From positions 192,001 to 256,000 of the forward strand of contig JBKBYA010000002.1 of NCBI GenBank assembly GCA_046313635.1: a stretch of 64,000 bases of DNA, in the 5' to 3' direction. Numbering within the stretch: the first letter of the stretch is position 1; the number at the start of each line of letters is the position of its first letter. This DNA is from Pyrinomonadaceae bacterium. Its GTDB lineage: Bacteria; Acidobacteriota; Blastocatellia; Pyrinomonadales; Pyrinomonadaceae. Of this stretch, positions 42,401-50,153 are shown one piece after another. The notes beneath the pieces were generated by a model. It did not search any database. It was not told the DNA's origin and saw nothing but the letters and a program-made list of their open reading frames with translations. The translations under genes and the position numbers were made by a program.

Positions 42401-45400
42401 AATTCTTCGGGAACGGTAAGCGCGGCCTTTGCTGCCATCTCCGGCGCATCGGGTCTCGATCTGAGGAATAACATATTCGCGACCAATCTCGACAACACTG
42501 CCTCCACGTCGGACAAGACCTACGCGGTGGCGACGACGGCGACAACCAACTCACTCTTCACTACGATCAACTACAACAACTATCGCGTGTCGGGCACGCC
42601 CGGCTTTGTCGGGCTGTTGAATGCGGTCGACCGCCTGACACTGGCAAACTGGCAGACGGCAAGCGGACAGGACGCCAATTCTATGGCCGTCGATCCGCTA
42701 TTTGCGACGGCTTTGGATCTTCACCTTCAGTCGGGTAGTCCAGTCGTTGATCAGGGAACCACTATCGCTGGATTGACCGTCGATTACGACGGCGACTCGC
42801 GGCCGCAGGGCCCGGCGGTGGATATCGGGGCCGATGAGGTAGTCATCACTAATACTGCGCCGACGATCACTGCTACCACGGGAGTAACTCGACAGGCCGG
42901 GTCTGCGGGGTCTAATTCGACGATTGCCACGGTCGGGGATGCGGAGAGCGGAGCCGGTAGCGTTACCGTGACGGTGACGAGCGCCAATCCTTCGAGTGGC
43001 GTGACGATATCTAACATCGTGAACACGAACGGCACCGTCACGGCCGACATCGTGGCGGCGTGCGGGGCGACTGATCCCGCGACATTCACGCTGCAGGCAA
43101 GCGACGGCACACTCACGTCGACGTCAAGCTTCAGCGTCGCGGTGACGGCTAATCCGGCGCCGACGCTTACCTTCAACAATCCGTCCTCGATCCAGCTTAA
43201 CGGCTCGACGACGGTCAATCCGGCGACCTCGGGCGACAATGGAACGGTAAGTTACGCGCTGCAGGGACAGGGAACTTACACGGGTACGATCTCTGTCAAT
43301 AGTTCGACCGGAGCGGTCTCGATCAGCAACGCGGCACCGGCCGGAACGCACACGATCACTGTGCGGGCGACCGACAATTGCGGGGCGACGACCGATGCTT
43401 CGTTCAGCCTGACGGTGGTGACGCCGACGATCAATATCACACCCGGAACGGTGGGCTTCGGCGACCAGATCGTCAGCACGACGAGCAGTGCTCAGACGGT
43501 GACGATCGGCAATAACGGCAGTTCGAATCTAACGATCGGCACGGTCACGGTGACCGGCGCCAACCCGGGCGACTTCAGCATTACCAACTCGCCTTCTAAC
43601 GCGACGATCACGCCGGGTAATTCGGTGCAGTTCTCGGTAACGTTCACACCCTCGGCGGCGGGAGCGAGAGCTGCGACGATCAATATTCCGAACAACAGTT
43701 CAAATAACCCGAGCGCAACGGTCTCGCTGACCGGCAACGGCACGCAGCCGGGAACGCTTCAATTCGGAGCCGCAACCTACTCGGGCGGCGAGAATGGCGG
43801 CAGTATCGCGTTGTCGGTTACCCGTACGGGCGGAACCGACGGCGCGGTGTCGGCGCAGATCACATTCAGCGGCGGCAGCGCGACGGGCGGTGCGTCGTGC
43901 AGCACTAACGGGGTCGATTACGTCAACACGGCGATCACCGTGAACTTCGGGTCCGGCAGTACAACGCCTTCGCAGGCGATCTCGGTGCCGATCTGCGACG
44001 ATTCGGTGTACGAGGGCAACGAGACGTTCGGCGCGACGCTCGGCAGCTTTACCGGCGGCGCCACGGGCGGCAGTCAGACGACGGCAACGGTTACGATCAA
44101 CGAGAACGATCCGCAGCAGTTTGCGCTGACGGTCAGCAAGAACGGCTCCGGCAGCGGCACCGTGACCAGCGATCCCGCCGGCATCAATTGCGGTTCGAAC
44201 TGTTCGGCGAACTATGATGACGGGACAAACGTCACACTCACGCCTGCGGCCAATCCCGGCTCAGTATTCACGGGCTGGAGTGGTGCCTGCACGGGAACTG
44301 CGGCGTGCGTCGTTTCGATGACGCAGGCACGCAGCGTGACGGCGACCTTCGTCAGGGTTTATACGCTCACGGTCACCAAGGCCGGAACGGGCGGCGGTGT
44401 CGTGACGAGCTCGCCGGCCGGCATCAATTGCGGCGTTGATTGTGACGAGGATTATCAGAGCGGCACGGTCGTAACGCTAACGGCGACGGCGGACTCGACT
44501 TCGACGTTCAGCGGCTGGAGCGGTGCCGGCTGCAGCGGTACCGGATCTTGCATCGTTACGATGTCGCAGGCGGCCTCTGTGACGGCGACCTTTACCCGTA
44601 ACCAATACGCCCTTACCGTTTCGAGGAGCGGCTCGGGCAGCGGCACCGTGACCAGCGATCCTGCCGGCATCAATTGCGGTTCGAACTGCTCGGCGACATA
44701 TGACGAAGGCACGACGGTAACGCTGACCGCGGCAGCCCACGCCGGCTCAACCTTTGCTGGTTGGAGCGGCGCATGCAGCGGCACGGGGTCGTGTGTGGTG
44801 ACCATGACGTCGGCCGCAAACGTTACTGCGACCTTTAACACAACGGTCACGACAATGCAGTTTGACTCGGCGTCGTACTCCGGGGCCGAGGGAACAGCCG
44901 TGACCGTTACCGTAACGCGCGCCGGCAATTTGAGCGTAACGAGCACGATCAACTACGCAACAGCGAACGGGACGGCGACGTCCGGAGCGTGCGGTTCGGC
45001 CGGCGTTGATTACCTCGCGGCTAGCGGGCAGCTGTCGTTCGCGGCCGGAGAGACGAGCAAGACCTTTACGGTGACGCTCTGCACCGACGCTCTGTCGGAA
45101 AGCACGCCGGAGACCATTAATCTTGCGCTCAGCGGAGCAACGGGCGGTTCGGCCGGAACGCCGGCCGCGGCCGTGATCTCGATACTCGACGCGGCGGGCG
45201 AGTTCGTCAATATGACGCCTTACACGATCGCCAATAACGGCACCGGAACGATGGGCGATATCTCGGTGTCGGGTTACGCGACCGGCGGCGTCCAGGGTGT
45301 GAGGGTAACGCTATACGGCGTGACACATTCAAATCCTGACGATCTCGACATCCTGCTCGTAGATCCGAGCGGCTCGCGCAAGTTCGTGCTGATGGGCGAC

Positions 45401-46003
45401 GTCGGCGGTTCGACGCCCGTCAGCAGCGTAACGCTTACATTTGAGGACGGCGCCGCTGTCTCGATGCCGGATGCCGGGCCGATCATGAACGGGCAGAACT
45501 ACAAGCCGACAACCTGCGTAGCTCCGGTATCTGACTTCGCAGGAGCTCCGGCGAGCCCATATGCTGAGCCCGGCTGCTCGAGCACCGGCGCGACCCTTAA
45601 CGGGACGTTCTCCGGCTTTAATCCGAATGGCGTATGGAAGCTCTACGTTCGCGACGACGCCGGAACGATTCGCGACTCGTTTGGTTCCGGTTCGATCGCT
45701 GGATGGGGAATCCAATTCCTCGTTCCGACCGCGGCGCCTACAAATCTAGGCGGCCGGATCGCAGACGCCCTCGGTGCGGCTATCTCAAATGCGTCGGTGA
45801 CCATTTCCGGCGGCGACCTGCCGGAGCCAGTGACGGTGCGGACCGGTACCTTCGGCTTTTACCGATTTACGGGCCTGAGTGCAGGTCAGACCTACATCGT
45901 CACGGTGCACGCGTCGCGTTACCGATTTGCTCAACCTTCGCGGGTCGTAATTATGCAGGAGGACGTTACCGATCTCGATTTCGTCGCCGTCCCGCGCGAG
46001 TGA
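36440..46003 (+). CDS. Giant (~3187 aa) secreted surface protein: beta-helix repeat modules, ASH/choice-of-anchor-D-like, Calx-beta x2, InlB-B-like repeats x3, P-domain-like, C-terminal carboxypeptidase-regulatory-like domain
   Basis: RBS AGGGAG, ATG36440 and a signal peptide; three modules ending D.DG..R...PD(V/I)GA(D/Y)E; DDSVYEGNETF (Calx-beta); GSGTVTSDPAGINCG..FTGWSGAC x3; H..PDDLDILLVDP..NPNGVWKLYVRD; PTAA..GRI C-terminus. Confidence 0.85.
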   Translation: MSNRRNAVTFRLAITVSIITISLLATLANASAASAIGLANFNWQDLIPSLMSASNDSADAESEKIIAEALAILPPTVKTVCSAGGADFTSLGGVSGAIADLNTNFVTGNVTYNVCAGHTETLTAALAITATGSLGNDIIIQKSGAGANPLITAYVGTATPGSATPDGMLRLQGSDYVTIDGIDFTDPNLANPATMEFAIGLFKATAGNGSNNNIIQNCTINVQRVNNATGSTPMVDGSVGILVINSTATAATTALTPTNGGTLATNGTNSANKFYANTINGGNYGIVFSGYAASTGVGPAPTATTFLGDLSNDVGGTSAATGNTILNFGGGGTTNASAGIRANNQWGINISYNTLNNNNGSGVNHATTFRGIYAQAGTSANATINNNTVTIRSGASTNALTAIDNGIGSTAASNTVTINNNTVNIGYSTATTGVATAIGNSATAATVNINGNTIQGISGTPLSGTGTHVMLETGSPTTVTSSNNIVQNLSRDGASGSWRGIKTTSPTNWTANGNTVTNLSWTAAASTGSIDAIYSFSSAVNVTANSNSITNLSTPTTGTITGINEFGSSGLKIIQNNTISNFSTTAGGAGGATFRGISESTGTTNDISGNTIFSLNSTGTTGGTSGTIVGITVSSGTTNNIYKNKIYDLSTTSTGATVNGITQSGGTTNNIYNNLVGDLRAPALNATNSLNGLNLSGGTTNNVYFNTVYLNASSTGANFGSSALNASTTPTLTLRNNILVNTSTATGTGLTVAYRRTNTTLTSYASASNNNDLYAGVPSATNLIFYDGTNSDQSITAYTARVASRDSNSFSENPPFLSTTGSNANFLHINPAVATQLESGGTSVSGITDDFDGNTRNATTPDVGADEFNGTSLDLTAPSITYTAFAGTASTANRNLTATIIDASGVASGANAPRIYFRKGSTDTFVSTQCSGTSPTYTCTIDYSLVTGGSVTTSDVIEYFVVAQDTAGNVGANPSGGFTATSVTSITTPPTTPNSYTILPSISGNKNVGAGGDYATLTAAIADLNSKEIVGPVTLTLTDPNYTSPAETFPLVINANNGSSATNTVTIKPAAGVSATVSGSVGSGCLIRLNGADYVSIDGSNNGSSSRNLTLTNTSTSTTSSALATICISSLGTAAGATNNTVKNTNISTGTVTANGSYGISVGGTTPGTAGADNDGTTLQNNNITLATTGLYAAGTASNSTGGNDALLISGNTVDSNTTLQNYGVQVSNALNSTITGNTISVQTSGAFQPTGISLETGFVSSTVSANTITKALATNTGGYGGRGITIGTGAASSNLTIANNVIYGVNGTNWNTFGNSSSMGIAIGMIGGSTTISTTAGGINLYYNSVSMTGSMGSASTTALTTALYVGSGATALDIRNNVFANTQVATSTTQKNYAIYSAAANTAFTTINYNDYFVSNSFNAASAIPGFIGSDRTNLSGIQSGFGQNANSIIADPLFNNSASNLQPQTGSPVLGAGSPIVGVTTDILGTTRSGSTPSIGAYEAGVDTAGPIITYTAFGNTSSASDRTLTISATDTSGVPASGIGLPVLYFRKGSSGSFASSQCTFVSGSSYNCATNYAAIGGVAAGDTVQYFVAAQDSLGNVSVNPSAGAGGLTANPPAAGTPPTSPNSYLISITYAGSFNVGTGETYTSLTNAGGLFAALNAGVLTGNVTINITTDLTAETGSIALNQLAEEGAGAGTYSLTIRPAGAARTISGSGSNVIKLNGADRVTIDGSLGGGTDQSLTISNLSTSSGTTVIWIGSIGAGAGSNNVTVKNCIIRAGTKGTGSAATTVVTTFGIFAGNTSGAAAGPDNDNLTIQNNQFLRSTYGIQAVGDTTGANDNLTIQGNVFGDPATDTNSIGRIGMLLSYVNNGNVSQNTIRNVVVGDSGNSTGILLSTNFLNSSVTRNNISNIRYTGTGGYGGKGIDIATGNATSGVTIANNFISDIKGDGWNLLSSDSIVGIRVGSTTGGVNVYFNSVCLCSGAFAGNSSGTVSAAFAAISGASGLDLRNNIFATNLDNTASTSDKTYAVATTATTNSLFTTINYNNYRVSGTPGFVGLLNAVDRLTLANWQTASGQDANSMAVDPLFATALDLHLQSGSPVVDQGTTIAGLTVDYDGDSRPQGPAVDIGADEVVITNTAPTITATTGVTRQAGSAGSNSTIATVGDAESGAGSVTVTVTSANPSSGVTISNIVNTNGTVTADIVAACGATDPATFTLQASDGTLTSTSSFSVAVTANPAPTLTFNNPSSIQLNGSTTVNPATSGDNGTVSYALQGQGTYTGTISVNSSTGAVSISNAAPAGTHTITVRATDNCGATTDASFSLTVVTPTINITPGTVGFGDQIVSTTSSAQTVTIGNNGSSNLTIGTVTVTGANPGDFSITNSPSNATITPGNSVQFSVTFTPSAAGARAATINIPNNSSNNPSATVSLTGNGTQPGTLQFGAATYSGGENGGSIALSVTRTGGTDGAVSAQITFSGGSATGGASCSTNGVDYVNTAITVNFGSGSTTPSQAISVPICDDSVYEGNETFGATLGSFTGGATGGSQTTATVTINENDPQQFALTVSKNGSGSGTVTSDPAGINCGSNCSANYDDGTNVTLTPAANPGSVFTGWSGACTGTAACVVSMTQARSVTATFVRVYTLTVTKAGTGGGVVTSSPAGINCGVDCDEDYQSGTVVTLTATADSTSTFSGWSGAGCSGTGSCIVTMSQAASVTATFTRNQYALTVSRSGSGSGTVTSDPAGINCGSNCSATYDEGTTVTLTAAAHAGSTFAGWSGACSGTGSCVVTMTSAANVTATFNTTVTTMQFDSASYSGAEGTAVTVTVTRAGNLSVTSTINYATANGTATSGACGSAGVDYLAASGQLSFAAGETSKTFTVTLCTDALSESTPETINLALSGATGGSAGTPAAAVISILDAAGEFVNMTPYTIANNGTGTMGDISVSGYATGGVQGVRVTLYGVTHSNPDDLDILLVDPSGSRKFVLMGDVGGSTPVSSVTLTFEDGAAVSMPDAGPIMNGQNYKPTTCVAPVSDFAGAPASPYAEPGCSSTGATLNGTFSGFNPNGVWKLYVRDDAGTIRDSFGSGSIAGWGIQFLVPTAAPTNLGGRIADALGAAISNASVTISGGDLPEPVTVRTGTFGFYRFTGLSAGQTYIVTVHASRYRFAQPSRVVIMQEDVTDLDFVAVPRE

Positions 46004-46031
46004 TGGCAGGAGCTGTACTTAACGACACGCG

Positions 46032-46068
46032 CAAGGGCACCGCGAACGCAAGTATCGCGGTGCCCTTG
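46032..46068 (+). terminator. Stem-loop, probable terminator
   Basis: CAAGGGCACCGCGA-N9-TCGCGGTGCCCTTG, a perfect 14-bp stem with a weak U-tract. Confidence 0.6.
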
Positions 46069-46291
46069 TGGCTTACCTGCTCAACCTCGTACAGACTCGC
46101 CGCACTACATACGGAGGCCAGCTGCAAGTTGCCGCATTTACGTAAATAGCCGTACGAGGTGCACGCCAACTCGGGCAGAGAACTCGACATTCAAGCTCGG
46201 TTCACGACGGGAGGCTGCCGGGGCGGGGCGTAAATTTGTCCCCATTTTGCTCGGTTTTGAGAAACGCGGCTAATCTGACAAAATTCAGGCG

Positions 46292-47257
46292 ATGTCGATT
46301 TACGAGGGCCTCGAGCCGATCGATCTTTCCGCGATCAAGACCTACGAGCTGGCGAGCCGCCACAGCAAAGTCACAGTCGACGATCTCGCGCGACCGATAG
46401 CAGAATCGGATTCGCTGGCAGACTTTTTAAATAAGCTCCCGTCGATACTCGCGGTCAACTCGCTCCGTTCGGTCGCGGCCGCCATTCGCCGCGCACGCGA
46501 TCTAGGCAAGCCGGTGATCTGGGGCATCGGCGGCCACGTCGTCAAGACCGGGCTCGCGCCGCTGCTGATCGATCTGATGGAGCGCGGATTCGTGACGGCG
46601 ATCGCGGCGAACGGCTCGGTGCTCGTGCACGATACCGAGATGGCGCTTGTCGGCTTCACCAGCGAGGATGTTGACGCGACGCTGGGCAAGGGCGACTTTG
46701 GAGCGGCTCGAGAGACGGGCGAGATATTGAATTCGGCCGCAAAGGCCGCGGTGCGAGACGCGATCGGGCTCGGCGAAGCGATGGGCCGCGAGGTGCGTTC
46801 ACATTCGCCGGCGAACGCCGACAAGTCGCTGCTGTGCGCGGCGTACGAGCGGCGGATACCGTTCACCGTGCATCTCGCGATCGGCGCCGACATCGGTCAC
46901 TTTCACGCGTCGTGCGACGGCGCGGCGCTCGGCGAAGCTTCGCATCGCGACTTTAGGCTCCTCGCGTCGATCGTGCGTGAGATGAACGGCGGCGGAGTGT
47001 ATCTGAATTACGGTTCGGCCGTCGTGCTGCCTGAGATCTTTTTGAAGGCCGTCACGGTCGTCCGCAATCTCGGTCACGATCTGGCCGACATCACGACGGC
47101 GAATTTTGACTTCATTCAGGGATATCGCCCGTCGACCAACGTCGTCCGCCGCCCGACCGCAAACGGCGCCGGACGCGGCTACTCGATCACCGGCCACCAC
47201 GAGCTGACGCTGCCGCTGCTCGCCGCGATGCTCGTCTGCGAGGCGGGCAGCGCGTGA
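46292..47257 (+). CDS. Conserved hypothetical protein, probably DHS-like NAD-binding fold
   Basis: VIWGIGGHVVKTGL..LIDLM.RG.V..IA.NGS..VHD.E, TSEDV, GSAVVLPE.FLKA, GHHE; resembles the layout of deoxyhypusine synthase but has no SWGK. Confidence 0.6.
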   Translation: MSIYEGLEPIDLSAIKTYELASRHSKVTVDDLARPIAESDSLADFLNKLPSILAVNSLRSVAAAIRRARDLGKPVIWGIGGHVVKTGLAPLLIDLMERGFVTAIAANGSVLVHDTEMALVGFTSEDVDATLGKGDFGAARETGEILNSAAKAAVRDAIGLGEAMGREVRSHSPANADKSLLCAAYERRIPFTVHLAIGADIGHFHASCDGAALGEASHRDFRLLASIVREMNGGGVYLNYGSAVVLPEIFLKAVTVVRNLGHDLADITTANFDFIQGYRPSTNVVRRPTANGAGRGYSITGHHELTLPLLAAMLVCEAGSA

Positions 47258-47281
47258 TCGCAGTCAGCCCGGAAAAGTCCT

Positions 47282-48196
47282 ATGAAAACGAAACTGTTCA
47301 TGCTCGGCCTCATCATTCTGGCGATGGCAAATCTCGAGACGCGGGCGCAGGTAACTTTGTCCGACACGATCTACAAGGCATTCGACGGGAAGGGAAACGC
47401 AGTGACGCTCGACGAGATCGTTCACGCGATGTCGACGAGCGACGTCGTTTTTCTCGGCGAGGAGCACGACGACGCTGTCGCGCACGCGATCCAGGCCGAG
47501 TTGTTTCGCCGTGCGGTCGCGAGCTATTCGCCGCAGCGCCGCGTCGCGCTCTCGCTCGAGATGTTCGAACGCGACGTGCAGACGGTCGTCGACGAATATC
47601 TCAAAGGCCTCATCAGCGAGCAGCACTTTCTGCTCTCGTCGCGGCCGTGGGGAAATTACAAGACCGACTATCGGCCGCTCGTCGAGCTCGCCAAAGAGAA
47701 AGGTCTCGCCGTGATCGCGGCCAACGCGCCTCGTCGATACGTCAATATGGTCTCGCGCAGCGGCCGAGACTCGCTCAACGGTCTGTCAAAGGAGGCAAAG
47801 TCGTGGCTCGCGCCGCTGCCGTATCCCGAGGCGAGCAAGACGTACGCCGATAAGTTCGTCAAGCTGATGAGTGCGGCGGGCGACCCGGCCGCTTCGAAAG
47901 ATCCGGCAAGGTTCGTTCACCCGCAGGCGCTTTGGGACGCGACAATGGCCGACTCGATCGCAAACTATCTCTCAAAAAACAAGGGCTCGCTCGTCGTGCA
48001 TTTGAACGGCGGCTTTCACACCGAGGGTCGGCTCGGCACGGTCGAGCAGCTTCTGCATTACCGGCCAAAGGCGCGGGTGATCGTCGTGACGCTCAAGTCT
48101 GAAAAGGACTTTCAAACTTTTGATCCATCGCGTCACACGGCGCTCGGCGATTTTGTGGTCCTGACCGACGCGAGCCAGCCAAAGAGCAGGCGGTGA
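47282..48196 (+). CDS. ChaN-family (Tiki/EreA superfamily, iron-regulated) exported protein
   Basis: Signal peptide; VVFLGEEHDD, LSLEMFERDVQ, DYRPLVE.AK, AANAPR, QALWDATMA, VHLNGGFH. Confidence 0.85.
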   Translation: MKTKLFMLGLIILAMANLETRAQVTLSDTIYKAFDGKGNAVTLDEIVHAMSTSDVVFLGEEHDDAVAHAIQAELFRRAVASYSPQRRVALSLEMFERDVQTVVDEYLKGLISEQHFLLSSRPWGNYKTDYRPLVELAKEKGLAVIAANAPRRYVNMVSRSGRDSLNGLSKEAKSWLAPLPYPEASKTYADKFVKLMSAAGDPAASKDPARFVHPQALWDATMADSIANYLSKNKGSLVVHLNGGFHTEGRLGTVEQLLHYRPKARVIVVTLKSEKDFQTFDPSRHTALGDFVVLTDASQPKSRR

Positions 48197-48347
48197 TCGG
48201 GAACCGACGGAAAAAAGAGCTGGGCGACAGAACGAATTAGCGCGCAGATGAAGAGCAAAGAAGCGCGGAAGTAAGGACTGGGAAGCGACGGAACACTGAG
48301 ACGAGGACCGAGGGACCTTGCGCTCGGGGTTTTCCATTTTTCTTGGA

Positions 48348-48496
48348 GCATAGCCACGCCCTTCAAGGCGTGGTCGTCATCGGCCAGAATTTACCCAGCC
48401 CATTTCAACGGGCTTACCACACGAGGCCAGAAGGGCGTTAAAACGCCCTTTATTTTTTGCGTCGACTGCACCCCGCCGTAAACGGCGGGGCTATGC
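48348..48496. repeat. REP/REPIN-like composite element (four hairpins, inverted outer copies)
   Basis: GCATAGCCACGCCCTTCAAGGCGTGG (48348-48373) and the inverted CCCCGCCGTAAACGGCGGGGCTATGC (48471-48496) flank the hairpins AGCCC..GGGCT and AAGGGCGTTAAAACGCCCTT. Confidence 0.72.
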
Positions 48497-48534
48497 CAGG
48501 ACAACGGGAAGCTTTTTCGAAATGGCCGAACATA

Positions 48535-48566
48535 GAAAGAGGCTGTCCTCGCGGACAGCCTCTTTC
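48535..48566. terminator. Bidirectional terminator
   Basis: GAAAGAGGCTGTCC-tcgc-GGACAGCCTCTTTC between convergent genes. Confidence 0.8.
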
Positions 48567-48603
48567 CGTTTTCCAAATCAGTCAACCAAGCGTATCCGAC
48601 TGC

Positions 48604-49152
48604 CTAGCGATAGATCGATTCGCCGCGGTAGTTGGTCCGCCACTCGTTCTCGAAGTAGCTTGCGTCATCATCGGTACGCGGTCTCACGCCGAGCACCGTA
48701 CCGCCGCTGCGGATGCCTTCTTCGTACTGTTTGGCGTGCTCCTCGGGGATGCCCCAGCCGATGAGAGCACCGACAAGGCCGCCCGTCAGACCGCCCGCGC
48801 CGGCTCCGGCGAGTCCGGCCGCAATCGGCCCCCAAACAACAAGGCCGAGACCCGGAAGCAGTACGTTGGTCCCGATCGCCGCGATACCGCCGATGATGGC
48901 GCCAAGCGTGCCGCCGATCGCCGAACCCGCACCGAGACCCTCGAGGGCCTTGTTATCGCTCTCGCCGATCGCCGAGTCCGGATCTTTGTAATATTTGTCA
49001 CGCGTCTCGTCAGACATCATCACGTTGATCTCATCGTCGGTGTAACCGCGGTCGCGGAGCGATCTGTACGCGCTGTCGGCGCTGTCGCGATCGCGAAACA
49101 ATCCGGTCAACATACCTCGATTTTCCTGACGGCTGGTAGCTTCATTATTCAT
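48604..49152 (-). CDS. General-stress-type membrane protein with Gly zipper
   Basis: TGLF.DR.SA..AY..L..RGY..DEI, GAG.AIGG.LGA Gly-rich helices, GALIGWGIPEEHA..YEEGIRSGG.V. Confidence 0.8.
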   Translation of the reverse strand: MNNEATSRQENRGMLTGLFRDRDSADSAYRSLRDRGYTDDEINVMMSDETRDKYYKDPDSAIGESDNKALEGLGAGSAIGGTLGAIIGGIAAIGTNVLLPGLGLVVWGPIAAGLAGAGAGGLTGGLVGALIGWGIPEEHAKQYEEGIRSGGTVLGVRPRTDDDASYFENEWRTNYRGESIYR

Positions 49153-49205
49153 AAGAGTTCTCCCTTGTTCGAATTTAGGATAAGCTTGCGCTTGTTAACG
49201 ACAAG

Positions 49206-49221
49206 TGCAACCAGCGTGCCC
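49206..49221 (-). promoter_or_regulatory. sigma54 (-24/-12) promoter
   Basis: Minus strand GGGCAC-GCTGG-TTGCA, about 55 nt upstream of ATG49152. Confidence 0.65.
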
Positions 49222-49359
49222 GTTGCATTTCGCGGACAAGCCGTGCCGATTCGATCGATCGAGGCCGAATCTGCGTCGGCGGCGTCTGGTTAACGTACAG
49301 AGTGGAGGGCGACATTAGCCGTCCGGCCCGCGGGGCATTTCAATTGGAACGCCACCGGC

Positions 49360-49842
49360 TTAGAAATGGTCGTCCCAGCTCTCGTGAATCCAGCGCCGCT
49401 TGCGAAAGACCGAGTCGGACCAGAAATCACGCAGCAGCTCGACCGAGGGCCGTCCCGCCGCGGGCATCATGACGCTCACCACGTCGTAGCGATACTTCGC
49501 GTCCCAGATATTGAAGATGCGCCGGTAAACTCTCGCCGTGCGGGCGATCTGCCGCTGCTTGCGGCGGTCGACATTTGCCGACGGCGGGGCAAATTCGTCC
49601 GACCGGCGCGTCTTGACCTCGACAAAGCACAGCGTGCCGTCGCGATCGAGGGCGACAAGGTCGATCTCGCCCGTGACCTGCACGCCGCGGCGGTTGCGGC
49701 CGACGGGCACGGTAAAGTTCGAGCAGACGAGCCGGTAGCCGCTCGCTTCTAAAAAGCGTGCTGCCATTCGCTCGCCCTCGTCACCGAGGGCGCTTGTGCC
49801 GACGCGGCCAGGACCTAAGCTGTGTGCAGTGTGCTGATCCAT
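49360..49842 (-). CDS. yraN: YraN/UPF0102-family PD-(D/E)xK nuclease-like protein
   Basis: G..GE..AA.FL...GY, GEIDLVA, LCFVEVKTR, RYDVV; upstream extended -10 TGTTATAAT (49875-49883, minus strand). Confidence 0.88.
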   Translation of the reverse strand: MDQHTAHSLGPGRVGTSALGDEGERMAARFLEASGYRLVCSNFTVPVGRNRRGVQVTGEIDLVALDRDGTLCFVEVKTRRSDEFAPPSANVDRRKQRQIARTARVYRRIFNIWDAKYRYDVVSVMMPAAGRPSVELLRDFWSDSVFRKRRWIHESWDDHF

Positions 49843-50095
49843 TCGACAACTGACCGGAGCGTTCAGGACGCCGAATTATAACAGACCGTTAGCGGCCCGC
49901 GTGCCCGACCGTGACGCCGGCCGAGGACGCGGTATGTAGCTCAGCGCCCGACGTTCTATCGCCGGTCAACATCTCGTGCTGAGCTCCTGTATTTGCGAAA
50001 AAGCTCTGCTTAGCGGGGCAAAGCTTCATTACTCTCGGGCGGCTGCTGAAGCTCTCTTGCAGATAGATCGGCAGAGACGGCGAATGGCCGATCAC

Positions 50096-50130
50096 AATAA
50101 AACGAGACTGCCTTTTCAGGCAGCCTCGTT
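50096..50130 (-). terminator. Rho-independent terminator
   Basis: Minus strand AACGAGGCTGCCT-GAAA-AGGCAGTCTCGTTTTATT. Confidence 0.8.
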
Positions 50131-50153
50131 ATTGTCCGATCGTTCCCATTCGA

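Noticed and set aside
48200..48325. Purine-rich stretch with weak 8-nt periodicity
   Set aside because: Too degenerate to define a unit and no complementary arm was found.
49236..49249. Second sigma54-like box (minus strand TCGGCACGGCTTGT)
   Set aside because: Wrong -24/-12 spacing and no TTGC.
49929..50000. tRNA-like start GCGGTATGTAGCTCAG
   Set aside because: No D-loop GG, no anticodon arm, no TTCRA T-loop and no matching acceptor stem.
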